The notes beneath the pieces were generated by a model that made no database searches, had not been told where the DNA came from, and saw only the letters and a list, made by a program, of their open reading frames with translations. From assembly GCA_026023565.1 (NCBI GenBank), contig JAPETS010000003.1, positions 186,001 to 250,000 of the forward strand: DNA of 64,000 nt, read 5' to 3'. Position 1 is the first letter of the stretch. Each line of letters starts with the position of its first letter. Below, piece after piece: positions 36,263 to 50,109 of the stretch. Origin of the DNA: Cirrosporium novae-zelandiae (Eukaryota). Made by a program: the position numbers and the translations under genes.

Positions 36263-37906
36263 ATGCTTCTCCACTATATGCTTACCGGCGTCGTTGCCGC
36301 CCCCCTTGTCTGGGCTGCGCCAATTTTCTCTCGCTCGACCTCTGATGCTCCCGCTGTTCGTACTAGCTATGGCCATGTCCTTGGCAGCGTATCCGAGTAC
36401 CGGGATGGGGTGTCCGTCTTTAAGGGTATCCCGTACGCCGCGCCGCCGACGGGTTCCTCGCGCTGGACACCCCCGACCCAGCCTGAAGCATGGACCGGCG
36501 TCTATAACGCAACCACCTTCGGACCCCAATGTCCGCAGACGCTCGATATGGGCACAGGCCTCTGGACAACAGGCTCTAGTGTCATGAGTGAGGACTGTCT
36601 GTACGTTAACATTTGGACCCCTAATTTCAACTCTAGCGAGGTGGAGAAATTACCCGTCTACATGTGGATGCACGGTGGGCGCTTCGTGGACGGATCAGGC
36701 GACGTTATCACGTACGATGGCTCGGGTCTTGCATCTCAAGGTGTTGTCGTTGTCACATTCAATTACCGTCTCGGCCCCTTTGGCTATTTCGCTCACCCTG
36801 ATCTTTCGGCCGAGTCACCGCACAATAGTTCAGGCAATTACGGGGTTATGGATATGATCGCTGCCGTGCAGTGGGTTAAGTCAGAGATTTCTTACTTTGG
36901 TGGTGACTCGAACCGCATTACCGTCGGCGGCCAGTCGTCGGGTTCATCGTGTGCGTTAGACATAATGTACAGCCCACTCTCGTCCGGCATGATTGCCGGT
37001 GTAATTGCGGAAAGTGGCGCTCGTGCACCTCACGACCCGATGACGGGTGGTCTAGCAACGAGCTACCGCCAGAAAGACGAGGCCGAAGCAAGCGGCGTCA
37101 GTGTTGTAGCGTCCATGAACCTCTCGACAATCGCAGAGATGCGCAACTTGTCGATGGAGACGCTCCTCACCATAGATACCCTCAATGCTACCATTTATGT
37201 TGGCACGCATTTCCAGAACGTTAGCGCGTTCTCGGAAGCTCCTGAATGGCGCCCAGTCATGGACGGATACGTGCTGCCACATACGTACGGGGACTCGCTC
37301 CGCTACAACGCGCACGGCAACGTCCCCATTCTCACCGGTAACAATCTTGACGAGTCGGGCGCCAGCACATCGCCCGGTTTCACGGTCGAAACCTTCAAAT
37401 CCAATTATACGGCCATGTTCGGCAATTTATCGTCCGAATTTTTTGAGCTTTATCCGGCCAACAACGATACACAGGCAGACGACTCGAGCAATGCGCTGTT
37501 TGCCGACATTAGCCGCGTATCGACATGGCGGTGGGCCAAAGATTGGTACGCCGGAGGTGCCAAAAACAGTGTCTATAGTTATTTCTGGACGCACTCGCCG
37601 CCTAGCCAGAGCTTAGGCGCCTTCCACGGATCGGAGATGTACTATGTATTCAACAACATCCCATATAATTACCCCAATATGGCCTGGACGGACGATGACT
37701 ATGCAATTCAGTCAACGATGGTTGAATACTGGGTCAATTTTATTAAAACCGGTAACCCGAATGGTGGCAATACCACTTATTGGTCGCCTAGCGGTAATGA
37801 CACCACAACGATGTGGCTAGGCGACTTGTTCGGCGCGGGGACGATTGGGGATGAGAAGCGTATTAAGCTTGTGGAGAAGTTCTTTTCGGTGCAACAGGAG
37901 CGGTAA
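36263..37906 (+). CDS. Secreted type-B carboxylesterase/lipase (alpha/beta hydrolase), intronless
   Basis: Signal-peptide-like MLLHYMLTGVVAAPLVWA; FKGIPYAAPP, SEDCLYVNIW, HGG oxyanion hole, NYRLG, GQSSG nucleophile, NLDES and GAFHGSE. ATG at 36263 preferred over the GTG at 36161. Confidence 0.92.
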   Translation: MLLHYMLTGVVAAPLVWAAPIFSRSTSDAPAVRTSYGHVLGSVSEYRDGVSVFKGIPYAAPPTGSSRWTPPTQPEAWTGVYNATTFGPQCPQTLDMGTGLWTTGSSVMSEDCLYVNIWTPNFNSSEVEKLPVYMWMHGGRFVDGSGDVITYDGSGLASQGVVVVTFNYRLGPFGYFAHPDLSAESPHNSSGNYGVMDMIAAVQWVKSEISYFGGDSNRITVGGQSSGSSCALDIMYSPLSSGMIAGVIAESGARAPHDPMTGGLATSYRQKDEAEASGVSVVASMNLSTIAEMRNLSMETLLTIDTLNATIYVGTHFQNVSAFSEAPEWRPVMDGYVLPHTYGDSLRYNAHGNVPILTGNNLDESGASTSPGFTVETFKSNYTAMFGNLSSEFFELYPANNDTQADDSSNALFADISRVSTWRWAKDWYAGGAKNSVYSYFWTHSPPSQSLGAFHGSEMYYVFNNIPYNYPNMAWTDDDYAIQSTMVEYWVNFIKTGNPNGGNTTYWSPSGNDTTTMWLGDLFGAGTIGDEKRIKLVEKFFSVQQER

Positions 37907-39872
37907 ACAGCGGGATCAATAGCTCTTGAACATGGACTTGGAAATCAGATTCATATCAGTTTTCGATCAAGTCAATAAGCTCGTATGAGGTGTGATGTTG
38001 TCGAGTCTTTCCCATGTATCCTTAACAAATATCAAGTCATTCTTGATTTAAACTATTCACCTCCAAGGGGGGATGTTTTGCTCTTGAAGCGAGTACTGTG
38101 GCCTTATAAATTATCTCTGTGCATCAGTCCGCCTTATTACAACATCTTTCTAATATCCATGTAACAAGTAAGCATATAGAGCAGGATTTATAACCTGAGG
38201 GGAAATTTGCGGTCTTTTCCAACCACCAACGAGCTAGCACTGCCAGCCATCTTTGAGGGTCAGGCTTATCAAAGACAACAAAATATAAGGTGGTATGACT
38301 GATAGCGGACAAACAAATCAAAAAACCTATCCTTTGCCCTAGATTGAGATTAGTTGTCGTCTAGAGGGCGAGAGTATTATCAAGGCTCTCCTCGATGGAA
38401 GAAAATCGTCCAAAATAGTTGAAACCTAAATTACTTGACCCTTTTTTTTTCTTACTTCGAGGATTTTCTTTCTGCTTTCTTCCTGCCTATCTAGGTCATA
38501 GGTACCCAAGTAGACTAATATGTAATTTGCATAGAATAAATAGTAGTTGAAAGCTAAAACAAAAGGAAAAAAAAAGCAAATCATCTTAAACGAGGGATGA
38601 TAGTTAATTAGGGGAGCAAGCGAGCGGGCGGGGGAAAGTATGCGGGGAATAAGGGAAAACAAAATTTAAGCGAGTTCAATTTATTAATTATCCAAATGTA
38701 TAACAGCGCCCCCAGTTTCATATTTGTTTGTTTGTTTGTTTGGTTTTCAGCTGTACAATGAGGGATAGGTTCCCTGGTAAATTATGATAATTCAAGTACT
38801 TGGTATCACTTATAAGTTGATATCATTATATCAGCTGAGGCGTCCAACACGGAAAAAAAGGTTGCTGTCCCGAAGAACCCAAGTACCATAGAGTTTTGTT
38901 TCAGGCTCGAACTTGGGCACAGACACGACAGATTCAGGGTCGGGGAACATGGGATATATTATCGTCGAGTTCGGAGATATGGACTGCGGTTGTGATACTC
39001 TGGTACTAGCTAAAGTATCCACCTATTTGGTAACTGGCTGAAACTGCCTTAATCTTTCAATTTCCTCAAAACCAATAACATACTCTTTTCACTTGAATGA
39101 ATCATTTTCTGCATTGTTGATTGGGAAACGGTTGTCTGATTGATTGGTTTATTATTGAAGAATATCACTTTTCACACAACACACACTTATAAGGTATCTA
39201 AATGAACTAACACCAATCAACACCAAGGGTAATATTGCTTTATAGTGATGCCGGCGACAACAATGACGATGACAACGACAATGACGACAACGACGACAAA
39301 GAGAGTCTATGGAACTCCCGTTTTGGAAAATAAACAAGTCGGTTGGTCCAGGTGGAAAAGGACAAAGAGAAGCAAAACAAAAATCTGTAAGCCAACACGC
39401 ACACGACTCCCTTTCTCTTTGTTTCCGTTAAATGCCTTGCCTTGAGTTACCATTTGTCCATGTTTTCGTTTGCCTGCTTGTTTATTTGTTCGAAAAAGAT
39501 CATTATGCAAAATAAGAAAAAAGAAGTCGTTCGTAAAATAATATCCACAGTAGGTAGGATAGCTTTGGTTAATCGAGAGAAAAGGTTGCAAATCATATCA
39601 TAAGGCCCTCAAGATGGCCCTTGCCATGACATGCGCAACGCAAATGGCGGGATGCATATCCCTGTATAATCCTGCATTTGAAAAGATCCGATGGTGCGTT
39701 CATTATCCCGAACTTCACTCGAAACCCCCCCTCAATAATCCAAGTCCACCACCCTGCAGTGACCCACGGCAGCCATGTGCGCCACCCCCCAGAATATACC
39801 AACCGCCAGGGCTGCACGTAATGTATTACCACATGATCCAGAGAAACCGACAGAGCAGGCATGTTTCAAAAA

Positions 39873-42800
39873 TCACAAGAAACCCGATTCGGTAAGGAGC
39901 CTACAGGGGTTAAGAAGTAAGCCTCGCGTCCAACAATAGTAAATCTTTAGATATAGATCACCCAACGCCCCAATAAGCTGGTAACGTAGTTCCAAACTTT
40001 CTTCACGTCTAACCAAGGCAGCCACCCGCACCAATGGGGGGAATCAAACACACGCCGCACTTAATATGAAACTTTGGGCTCCAAAAGTGGAAACATCTCT
40101 ACTAGCATACCTTGCAATTTTCTCATCTTCCCTCTCTCTCGGCTCTACAGCCAAACTCTTGTCGTACATCTCATGTACGTCTCCAGCAGCTTGCATGTTG
40201 TTTAGGATATAATCCTGCAACTCCGGCACCGGTTGTAATGGGTACGGCACATTTTGATATTGCTGTATGTCCCGGATAACTTCCGCAGTTTTGGCCCGCT
40301 TGGCAAAATTTATCAGATTTGTCTTCTTGATAATACTGGGTATGCCATCTTCAATAAAGGTCAAATCGGTAAGATATACACCTAATGCTATTAGAAAAAT
40401 TCAAAAAAAACATGGGGAATGTAATACCAAAGAACGGAATACACGGAGGATTGGCCACATGCAGGGCCTCTCTATATTCTCCAAAGTTCTTGGTGCTTCC
40501 CATCAACCTTCGCATTTGCTCCAAAACTGTTGAAGTTCTAGCATTAACTTGCTGCCAAGTCCGATGTAGGCGGGCAATAGGCGCAGTCCCTAAAGCGGAA
40601 ATAATAGATGTCAGTGTCGAGAAATTGTTCAAAACCCGACATTTCTAGAATAATTTGTTAGCCTATACTTCTAAAAAAATTTAAGAAGAATATCCGTACA
40701 TCAGCGACTGCTACGAAGTGTTTGATGACTACAACCCTCTTCTTAACATCGGACTGGGTCAGAATCATCTCTGCTACCCAATTTGTAAGCTGGTTGGAAT
40801 GCAAGATCAATGCTTTCACATTGGCTGCAGGTTCTGGTTCCCCAGGAGCAATTTTACGTTGCCATGTCTTGTTGAGACATTCTGTCGGTTTTATTTTACC
40901 ATACAGGCGAGATTCAATTATGGTTAGTTGTCGGGCGAACTCGGTGGCATCGATATCTAAGAACTTAAGCTTCTTCATATTCTTTGGTAGGATTGGGGTT
41001 GGTGTTGCGGTGTTGAGAGTGAGGACAAGTCGCTTGGCATTCGCATCTTGCCCTCTTAGACGTTGTTCGACCAGGGCCATCAGGGGCCCAGAGCCTGGGG
41101 TCTTGGTTGTTGCGATAGAATCTTTGGCGAATGAATATACTCTTTTCAATAACTCCATTGACTCTTCTTCGTTTCCTTCCATCCAGTAATTATCAAACCA
41201 ACTCTTCAAGATATTTACAACACGGAATCTGATGGGTTTTTGCTTCTTGCCCTCCCAGGTGGGATAATCGTCCGGAGTCAATCCATATGGGGGTTGAATG
41301 CTAAATCGCTTCACAAGCATCTCGAATAATTCGGATGCGGTGGTGAACGAGCGGTAGGTTAATAGGAAGGTATTGTTGAAAGAAGCGTCCAGTCGATCAT
41401 GTCGGGTTAATTGTTCAACCAGTCCAGTCAGGGTTCCTGCACGCAGTTGTTGGGGTGTGACTTTAGTGTCATAGGAAATTTCTCCTTCATGATCCAAAGT
41501 TAGGAACCAGGGTGTTTCTTCGGCCAGAGGAGCTGGTAGCTCTCCGAAGAACTTTTTAATTTTAGAGTTGTCTCGCTTAGCTGGATCGAATCCATCCGTA
41601 AAGGAATGTGATTGTCCAATATCTCCGAGCTGAGGACGTTGTAGCAGCTGCTGGGATTCCGATCGGCCATGGGCCGAGTAAGGAACCCTACCACGCAGTT
41701 CGAGGTGTGTAACGGGGCTATCGTGATCATGGGCCATTTGTTCTAGTAGTAGTTGTAAGGAGAATCCGACCTGCGAGACGCAAGTCTCAAGCTGCCTTGA
41801 AACTGTTCGGACATGATTTAATCGGTCCTCTAGGGGGTCACCGCGGTTTCCGGCCCATTCGTCACCCAAGGGACCAGCTACGGCCTGGCATGCTAACATC
41901 AAGTCTGCTACCAGGTCATATAAACGTTGTTTTTGAGTACTGAAGTCTGTCAACTGAGGATTTTGAAAGCTTGAGCCAAGGGGACCTAGGTTTACAGATT
42001 CCACGGTCGATATCCACGGCCTGAAGAACTCGATTACTTTTCTGCCCCCAGAACAAACGGTATTTCCAATAGCTTCATGACGCTGAGCAGTGACTATCTT
42101 ATCGGTAAGTTTAAGCTGCTCATCCAGTTTGCGCATGCTTGACACAATCATTCTTTTGAGCTCATCCATCCGTTCCAACAATTTTTCATCTAGCTGAGTT
42201 GTTGGTTCGATATAAGGTTCATAATCATCCTGATCCATGAAAGACGTGGACGCCATAGATTCACCAAAAGTCAGATTGTTATTTTGCCAGCTGCCACCGA
42301 CATTTCCACCGACAACGAAACCTGGTACCAGACGCGGAATATCATCTCCTCTTTGCTGCCGTGCAACCTCAACATACCCGTAGACCCCACGCAGTACACC
42401 ATCGGCTTCTTGTAGGCATTTACTGTAGGAGTCAGGTCCAGGCCAATCAGCAGCTGCCATATGCGACGATAAAACAAGCTTCGAGAATCTGGACATCATG
42501 TCACGGAAATGCGGGTACAGTGCCTTGTTTGTTTGAATTATTGACGAGTTTCCAGAATGATTGTCGGTGGTGCCAGAACCCGCCGCAAGGAGCATGCGTA
42601 GATGATCGGATATATCTTCTGCCTTTCTGACAAATTCTGACCGATCTCCATCAGCTACAACCTCTCGATACGCCTCAACTGCTTGCTCTATGTTTTCAAC
42701 CAGCTTTGCCCAGGAATTAGGAACGCCATTGCCATCATCAAAGAATGACCGAGGAATATTAGCCGTGGTATTGTGTGTAGTGGGATGCGCGGTGAACGAT

Positions 42801-43831
42801 GTCATAGTAACTCCATTCGGGGGAAGTATGTTCGAGGTCTTTTGGGCAAGGCTTGCTGTAGAAGAGTACATGTCTTTCGAATCAGTACGCTGTCGGAGAA
42901 GCGGAGACGTGTTCGTCGATGCCATTGATGTAGCGGAAGAAACGGCATCATCTTCAATAGAACTCCGCTTTCGCATAGAAGCGCCGCGAGATGACATCAG
43001 TATAGAATCTCCTTCAGCTTCTGAATATGAATAATCTTCATCCTCATCTCGTTCATACCCTCCTGCCATTAACTCAGGGGGCGGACGAGTTTGCTCGGGG
43101 ACATTGACATTCATACGATCGCGTGGCCCTGTTTCGTTTGCTGAAGTCGGAGTTTCCATAGGCAATTCCATAGTACTGACACCTGTCAAGGTATTAAAAT
43201 AAAATAGTCTCCCATCAGGTGTTGCTTGTGGAATCCAGTAAGCTGCTTCCTCTTGTTCGTTATCCGTACCCTCGATTAGCAAATGAGTACTATCAGAGTC
43301 CAGCTCTTCGTCGTTTTCCTCTTCATATTCGTCCTCGGTCCCGGACTCGGCGATTGCATCCACACCATCCTCAAGCCCATTGCTTATCCCCACAATATCG
43401 TCCGGCCCAGCAACCATTGCGCAATAATTACTTGGAAACCACCCCCGCACGCCATTGATGACTCCATCCCACCAGCCACTCTCCAGTTGTGTTAGGACCT
43501 GAATGATATCACCCTGGCGAAAACTGAGACTCGTCTGATCATCCGCATCGTAGTCATAGAGAGCCTGCACGTACATGGTCGGCTGGTAGTCCGCCCCGTT
43601 CTGGTATCCACTCATCCCTGCGGATTTAGTGGTTTTGTTATTTCTTGGAGAGGGTTTCGCTGACCGCTGTTTCGGAATAAGGGTATCTTCGGTTTGCGCT
43701 TCTGGTGGTGACCCGATTTCGGTGAGCTCTTTCTCTGAGAGTTGAAACGCAGCTGTAAACTGATGACCTGAAGTATTCGTAAATGCTTTGGAAGTTATCA
43801 TTAAGTGGTTTGCTATCTGCGTCGCGGACAT
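39873..43831 (-). CDS. CDC25: CDC25-type Ras guanine nucleotide exchange factor (SH3, WW, REM and RasGEF domains); introns ~40645-40698, 40382-40427 and 39901-40110
   Basis: SH3 (ALYDY…GWWDG…GWFPSNY), WW-like (YWIPQATPDGRLFYFN), REM (FLLTYRSF), GEF (FARQLT, NNFSTL, PCIPFFGVYLTDLTF, INFAK). Last exon 39873-39900 encodes RLLTESGFL*. Start could instead be 43615. Confidence 0.92.
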
Positions 43832-45967
43832 GATCAAGATGGTGACAAGAACAAAGACCGGGTCAATTAGTTTGACCCATTGAAGGATTCATGGGAGGCG
43901 AAAACAACAGGTTGATAAAATAAGTTATGGCTTCTTGGTTGGTATGAATATTGATATGGAGGGGGTGAGATTTGTTGATGTGATAGCGAATGATGTTCCT
44001 GAATCCCTCAAAGTCTTCAATAATTGTCCACCAGGGCTTCTAAATGGTCAACGCGAATCAGTCCTAGGCGCCAGGTACAAATCATGCGGACAACCCACCT
44101 CGATGAAAGAAATTATTATTTGTTGGAACTTATGAATTCAATCAACAAAGCACCAAGTTGATATGAGCTGAACAGGTTGGTTACCAAGCTCAATGGAATT
44201 TCGCCTCAATGCGTCGTCAGCGGTCGCGATGTTGATTACTGGGTGAAGTTTGATCTGAGCATAGATGGGGTGAGGGAATATCAAAAGGGAGTGCAGCATA
44301 AAATGTTGATGACTCGAAAATCTACCTCAATCCATTATTGTTAATGTTAACAAACCAAAAAAAATCAAACAGGCAGGGAAGGGGAAAGTGAACAAGTGAA
44401 CAGTGAATAATGAGTCCTGACCTGTGGATCACAACGAATAGGGATTGCAAGAATTGCGAGGATACTGGCTGGTAGCTGCTGACTTGCACCGACTCGCCTA
44501 ACTAGGTGGTCTGGGTCTCCAGAGTCAAATTCGAGGGGGGGATGGGGGTGGTGGTGATATGGGAGGGGGGGGTGGGAGGGATGGCGCCAAGTAAAGATGC
44601 TCGGTAGGCCTAAGGGACAAAGCACATGAAATTGAAAAAAAAAGAATGGGGTAGGTGGAGGAGAAAAGAGATAAAAACGAGGTGGACAAGAAGGTGTTGA
44701 TCAACAGGGACGTAAGTAGATAGAAGTACCTTGTAAGTTAGGTAATATAGGAAGTAGAAGTAATTCAAAGCACAGCAGTGAGGCAAAGAAAGAAAATTGG
44801 CACTTGATGGGATATACAAAGTACGGGGGGGTGGCCAATACCAATACCCAATACCCAATACCCAGATGTACGGTAGGGTAGTACCACCAGGTATGGTATT
44901 GACTGGGCTGAAAACAGTAATGGAAAGTCTCTTTACCTCTACTAACGACTTTCCGTGAACCCAAAATCGAATATTTAACTGAGAAAAAACTGTCTTGGAA
45001 GGATTCTGAAAGGTACTGCTTTCCTCTCCTACTACAAGTACTACTACTTGACCATTCTTCCTTGTCCTCTCTCTATCAATAAATAACCCGTCCTTTTTTT
45101 TGTCTCTTTTACGTTTGCTCTATTATTAAAGTACCTAGATAGTCAATCACAAAGACCACATCTAATCGTTCAATCTATCCATCTATCCATCCATTTATCT
45201 GGTCATCTATTCATCTATCTATCTTAGAAATGGGATTGAGCAGCGACCCATTAACCCAAGTTCCGGGCAAGCTTCTTACTGTGTTAATGTGACTATTGTG
45301 GAGTTGTCAATTAAAAAGATACCCTTGATCCTTACGGCCAGTGGAGTTCTCGGAGATGGCCCGGAACTTCCGTCGATAGTGCTGTTGCAGAAAAAGACCA
45401 ACTAACTTCTGTACTCTGCATCGTTGGAGCATCTCTTAACGGCTATCATTATTCTACCAAGTACTCATCATTCAAGGAAATTCACTAAACCTAACTTTAT
45501 CAATATTCATCAGACCACTGTTCGAGTCTTGTCTGACGATATTTGCTTTTGCTGACCTCTGACGCCTTTTGACTGTTCTTTGTCCTAATTGTTTTTCCTT
45601 TTTCAGATTAATTCCAATAGCCAACCCTGACGAGCTTCAGCCCGATGGTGTCAATTGCTCTTGGAAAGTTGCATTGAAATTGATAAAGTGATAGAATAAT
45701 AACATTTTCTTCCCGTCTTCCCGTGCGTCTGCTAATCATCGCTCTGCTGATCATATCCTTGTTTGATAAGCGATAAAGAGCAAGGAATCCATTACCCCAC
45801 ACTGCCACTTTATATTATGTCGTCTTTGACCCTCTCAAATATAAAATCTAGACTATAATACAACATCTTTTTCTAATTTTTCTACTTTACATTTGTAAGC
45901 ACTTATTGCTTCCTCCTAGAAATTTCGTGTGAAATGCAATTTGAGGATACTGTAATCTCCATTGAAG

Positions 45968-48101
45968 ATGCGTGCTTCATTGAATCACTTGGCGCAAAGA
46001 CTCCGACCGCCAGGATATCTGGTGGCTTCCACCGTCATCTCTGTTGGCGGACTATTAAACGGGTACTCCTAGAAATCCTTCATGCGTTATAGGCATTGAC
46101 ATGATATCAAAGCTATGATACAGGATCAATTGGGGCAGTGACAACCATGTCCTATTTTGAAACCACCTTTGAGAAGCTATCTTCAGTAATGCGTGGTTTC
46201 ACTGTCTCGTTGATCCTGATTACCGGAGCACTTCCGGCACTTTATGCTGGACATCTCGCTGACCGACTTGGACGGACTTATGCTGTCGCGGTTGGCGCTT
46301 TAGTCTTTGCAGTTGGTTCTGCATTGCAAGGAGGCTCCTCTGAGCTGCCTATGTTTCTTGTTGGGAGAGGACTTGCAGGTATTGGGGAAGGATTATGGCT
46401 CAGTAATATTAACGTGTAAGCAAAACATTTTTGACTCTATCCTCTGCCGAGTGCATAGCAAGTCAATCTGATTCAACGATATGGTGATTGCGACTGAAAG
46501 TGTCGAGACTGCATGTGCAAAGGCAGTTTTCAGCAGACCAAAAAACTTGCCCATTTCATTTGAGTTTTTCTTTTAGATATCGCCTTTGAATATCTTTTTG
46601 TTGGAGCTAGATTGTGCTTGGGCTGGCTAGATTTCTCATAAGACATTAGATATATTACCGAAATCGCGCCTAGCGCCCGTAGAGGTATGCTGGTTTCAAT
46701 GCCTCAGTTCCAATGTACTGCGGGAATTTGTGCTGGCTATTTCACCTGCTATGGGAGTTCGGGTATTAATTCATCCATGTCGTGGCGCCTCCCATTTATC
46801 TTGCAGTCAGCTTTAGCAGTACTTCTAACTCTTTCATGCCTGCTTTTACCTAAATCGCCACGCTGGTTGATGTTCCATGGACATCGTGAAGAGGCAATGA
46901 GAGAGTTAGACAGGCTTGATGTTTCTAGGGCTGAGGCAGAAAAGGACATATTAAGGCCTGCTGAGCAAGGCAGGCCAAATTCATCTCAGCCTACTTCAAA
47001 AGGCTTCTTGACCATCTTCCAACGTCAATATCGTTCAAGAACTATTCTTGGACTCTTCGTTCTTGCTATGGTTCAATTATGTGGAATAGATAGTGTACTC
47101 TACGTAAGTATAGCTTTGTTTATTCGCTTATCAGTACTTTAATTTAGTCATGTTTATAAACCCTACTGCTTTGCCATATCAGCCGCACCCGAGAGGCCTT
47201 GAGGTAATATAAGTCGAAAGTCAAATCCGACTCTATCAAAACCCATTTTGCATTATCAAATGTTGAGGCCTTACAAATTGAAAAAAAAATATTTGATCTA
47301 GTATGGCGATTTGATACACGACTTTCTACGAGAACAAGACAAATGTTTTACAAGTTGAACTAGGCCGATAATCAACTTTTAATAGTATGCACCAACCCTT
47401 TTCCGGCAGGCTGGCCTTCCCAGCGAGACCGCGACGTTTTTGGCATCTGGTGTTTCTTCAATTCTGATGCTAGCTATATCCATCCCTGCTTTCCTCTATG
47501 CTGATCGCTGGGGCAGAAGAACTTTAGCCATAACAGGGGGAATCGTATTATCTAGTTGCATGTTGACAATCGGAAGCCTCTATGCTTCCAAAAGTGTTCA
47601 CGCACATGAAGGTGCCGGAAAATGGATTGTCATTGTACTCATCTTCGCTTTTGCCTTGGCGTACTGTGCCACCTGGGCTGTGTTCGGAAAGATCTATGCC
47701 AGTGAGATACAGCCTGCGCATACAAGGGCTGCGGCAAACAGCCTTGCCCAAGGTCTAAATTTTGTAGGTCATCTAGAGCTGAATCGGATTGATGTGGTGT
47801 TAACGTTCTGGTATAGCTCACCAACTGGATTGTGTCCTTTGCAACTCCAATCTTCCTTGCCCACTCCAGTTTTGGAGCGTACTTTCTATTCGGATTCTTA
47901 TCATTGGCCACTGTGATGGTATTAGCGGTATATATGCCCGAAACTAGAGGTCAGTCGTTGGAATCGATCCAGGAAGCATTTCACCGACCGGTCGCGAGGA
48001 GCTGGGCACATCATATCCGAGGACTATGGTCAGGTCCCAGCTCTAGTGGCAGACGATCGGAAATTTCTTTGCAGGGAGTACTGCGCGAAGGCACCGAATG
48101 A
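45968..48101 (+). CDS. MFS sugar porter, 5 exons (introns 46063-46112, 46416-46649, 47104-47385, 47764-47816)
   Basis: Spliced reading gives GGLLNG|YDTG, ADRLGR, V|YITEIAPSARRG, PKSPRWL, QLCGIDSVLY|YAP, DRWGRR, SEIQP and PETRG. The frame is kept across all four introns. Confidence 0.9.
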
Positions 48102-50109
48102 ATTTTTGGCGTACAGTTTGAGGTATTTAAGATATGCTTGTCTTCGGTTGTGGAGGTGGAAGTGGAAGTTACTTCATGTGTTACCTGACAAAATCCTATG
48201 TGGCCGTTGATGAATATGATAGATGAAGACAGGTAGTAAATAGGCTAAACAGGTGTCAAGCCACGATCACATTGGCTCGGTTTCAAATTGCGATTTTGAC
48301 TATTTTCCGTGGCGTAAGGCTTATACTATGGAGAGGGTTGAAGATTGGGATTTCGATAGTTAGTTCCTACGCGCAAGACACCTTTTGGGCACATACAGAT
48401 AGAGAAATTGCTACAACAAGTAATTTTGATTGAGAATCAATTGATGTGGTTATTCAGATTTATTCTTATTAGCGCTCTGCAAGCTGAACAGTGACAATAT
48501 TTAAAAACGATAGGGCTCCTATTTAGAAACTTTCAATCTTTTATCCAATGTAATCTAGGCCTGGCTCTAAGCGCCAATTCAAGTCTTTGATGTCGTACAG
48601 AGGAGGGGGGGAAACATTACTAGACCGGGTAAATGATTGGGATATGTTTTTCCCACAGTAGAGTTGACATGAACCGCGCGCGATTTAAGTGATGACAATG
48701 ACATCTGCTTGAATTAATTATAACAAGGCTGTAGATGTAGATGCTCACGAGGGCGGGAATATGGCATCCGAATAAATAGCGAAATTGGATATTGTAAGCT
48801 TACTTCAAGGATCTTGTGGAACCAAAAGCCAAGGGATGGGGGAAAAGGGCCATGGCCTCCTTTAATATTAACATACCTTTTACCAATGAAAGCTACATCT
48901 AGGAACGTCATTGTTTTACTGGATTTCGACCTTTTGTAATTATCTGTGGTATCTTTGTTGACAAATCGGCTAATTATCACCGCAGGACGTTGGAGGGAGG
49001 GAGACTTTGACAGGTACTTGGATACTTATTGGTCTTTTGCATTAACCAAGATGCAGGATGCATCAACTACAAGTCAGGGGAGACAAGAAAAACAAAAGAA
49101 TTGATTGGAAAGGTGATTCTAAAAAAGAAGTCTGGTGAACTTTACTGTTCAATATGGGATGTTGAACTTGACGGTGAGAGTGTGGGGAGCCTCAGGCGTG
49201 AATGTGATCGGGAAGGGACCGTTGATTCGGAGAGTTATTTTTATCGGGGCACAGTGATAGGTTGCGTAGTTGCAACGCAATTTCCCAAGAGGCTCGGGCA
49301 GTGGTATGGGGGGTGTTGACTGGCGTAGACTCGCGCAAGAGATAGCAGGGGAGGATGGGGTAGGGATTCTGTGCTTTGACTGTTTCTGGTAACCCTAAGA
49401 ACCCTAATAGCCCTAAGTGTCCTTAGTGGCTCGGGTTTAGTGGAGTGTTGGTGGAGGTTACCTCGTGTTTGTTAGTGTTTGTTTCCTGTTTGTTCCTGAA
49501 CTAACTTATTCCGATCTACTTCGCTTATCATGGTTCCAAATAGTCCCGAATTGCCTTAATAGCCTTGATAGCCTCGACATGAGTGACAATGCTAAGAAAG
49601 ACGTCCCTGGTCCAGCCCCGAACTAGGGAAAGCAGCCAAAGCAGCCAAAGCACGGCATCCTTCCACCCCCCCCTACCTTAACAACCACCCCAACTCCTCC
49701 TCCAACCTCAACTTTTATTATCTTACGAACACTTCCTCATCCTTCTTTCTCTCATCTTCACCCGCATTTTTCTTCTTAGGTGTCGTCAGTCTCTCATTTC
49801 ATTTTAGCAGTGACAGCTCCGCTCTTTAGTTGTCATCTCGCTGCCTTTCCTTTGCCGTATTACTGAAAAGTGAGACAACGTCAACTAAGTCAAAAGGTAA
49901 CAACTCTGCCGATGCAGCCAATCCCCCCATCTTCAATTGATCTATCACTAATGGCAACAATAAAAATGCAGGTCATCCATCTCAAAAAACACTCACATAA
50001 CAACACCAACTATCACCCTCTACATTCCCTCGTTATTTTCGACACCAAACAAATAAACACAACAATATTATATACCCCAAAACATTTAAACCTAGTCAAC
50101 TAAACCATA

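Noticed and set aside
38000..39100. Protein-like fragments between the esterase and the RasGEF 3' end
   Set aside because: Frequent stops in all frames and no recognisable motif; a pseudogene call needs a search.
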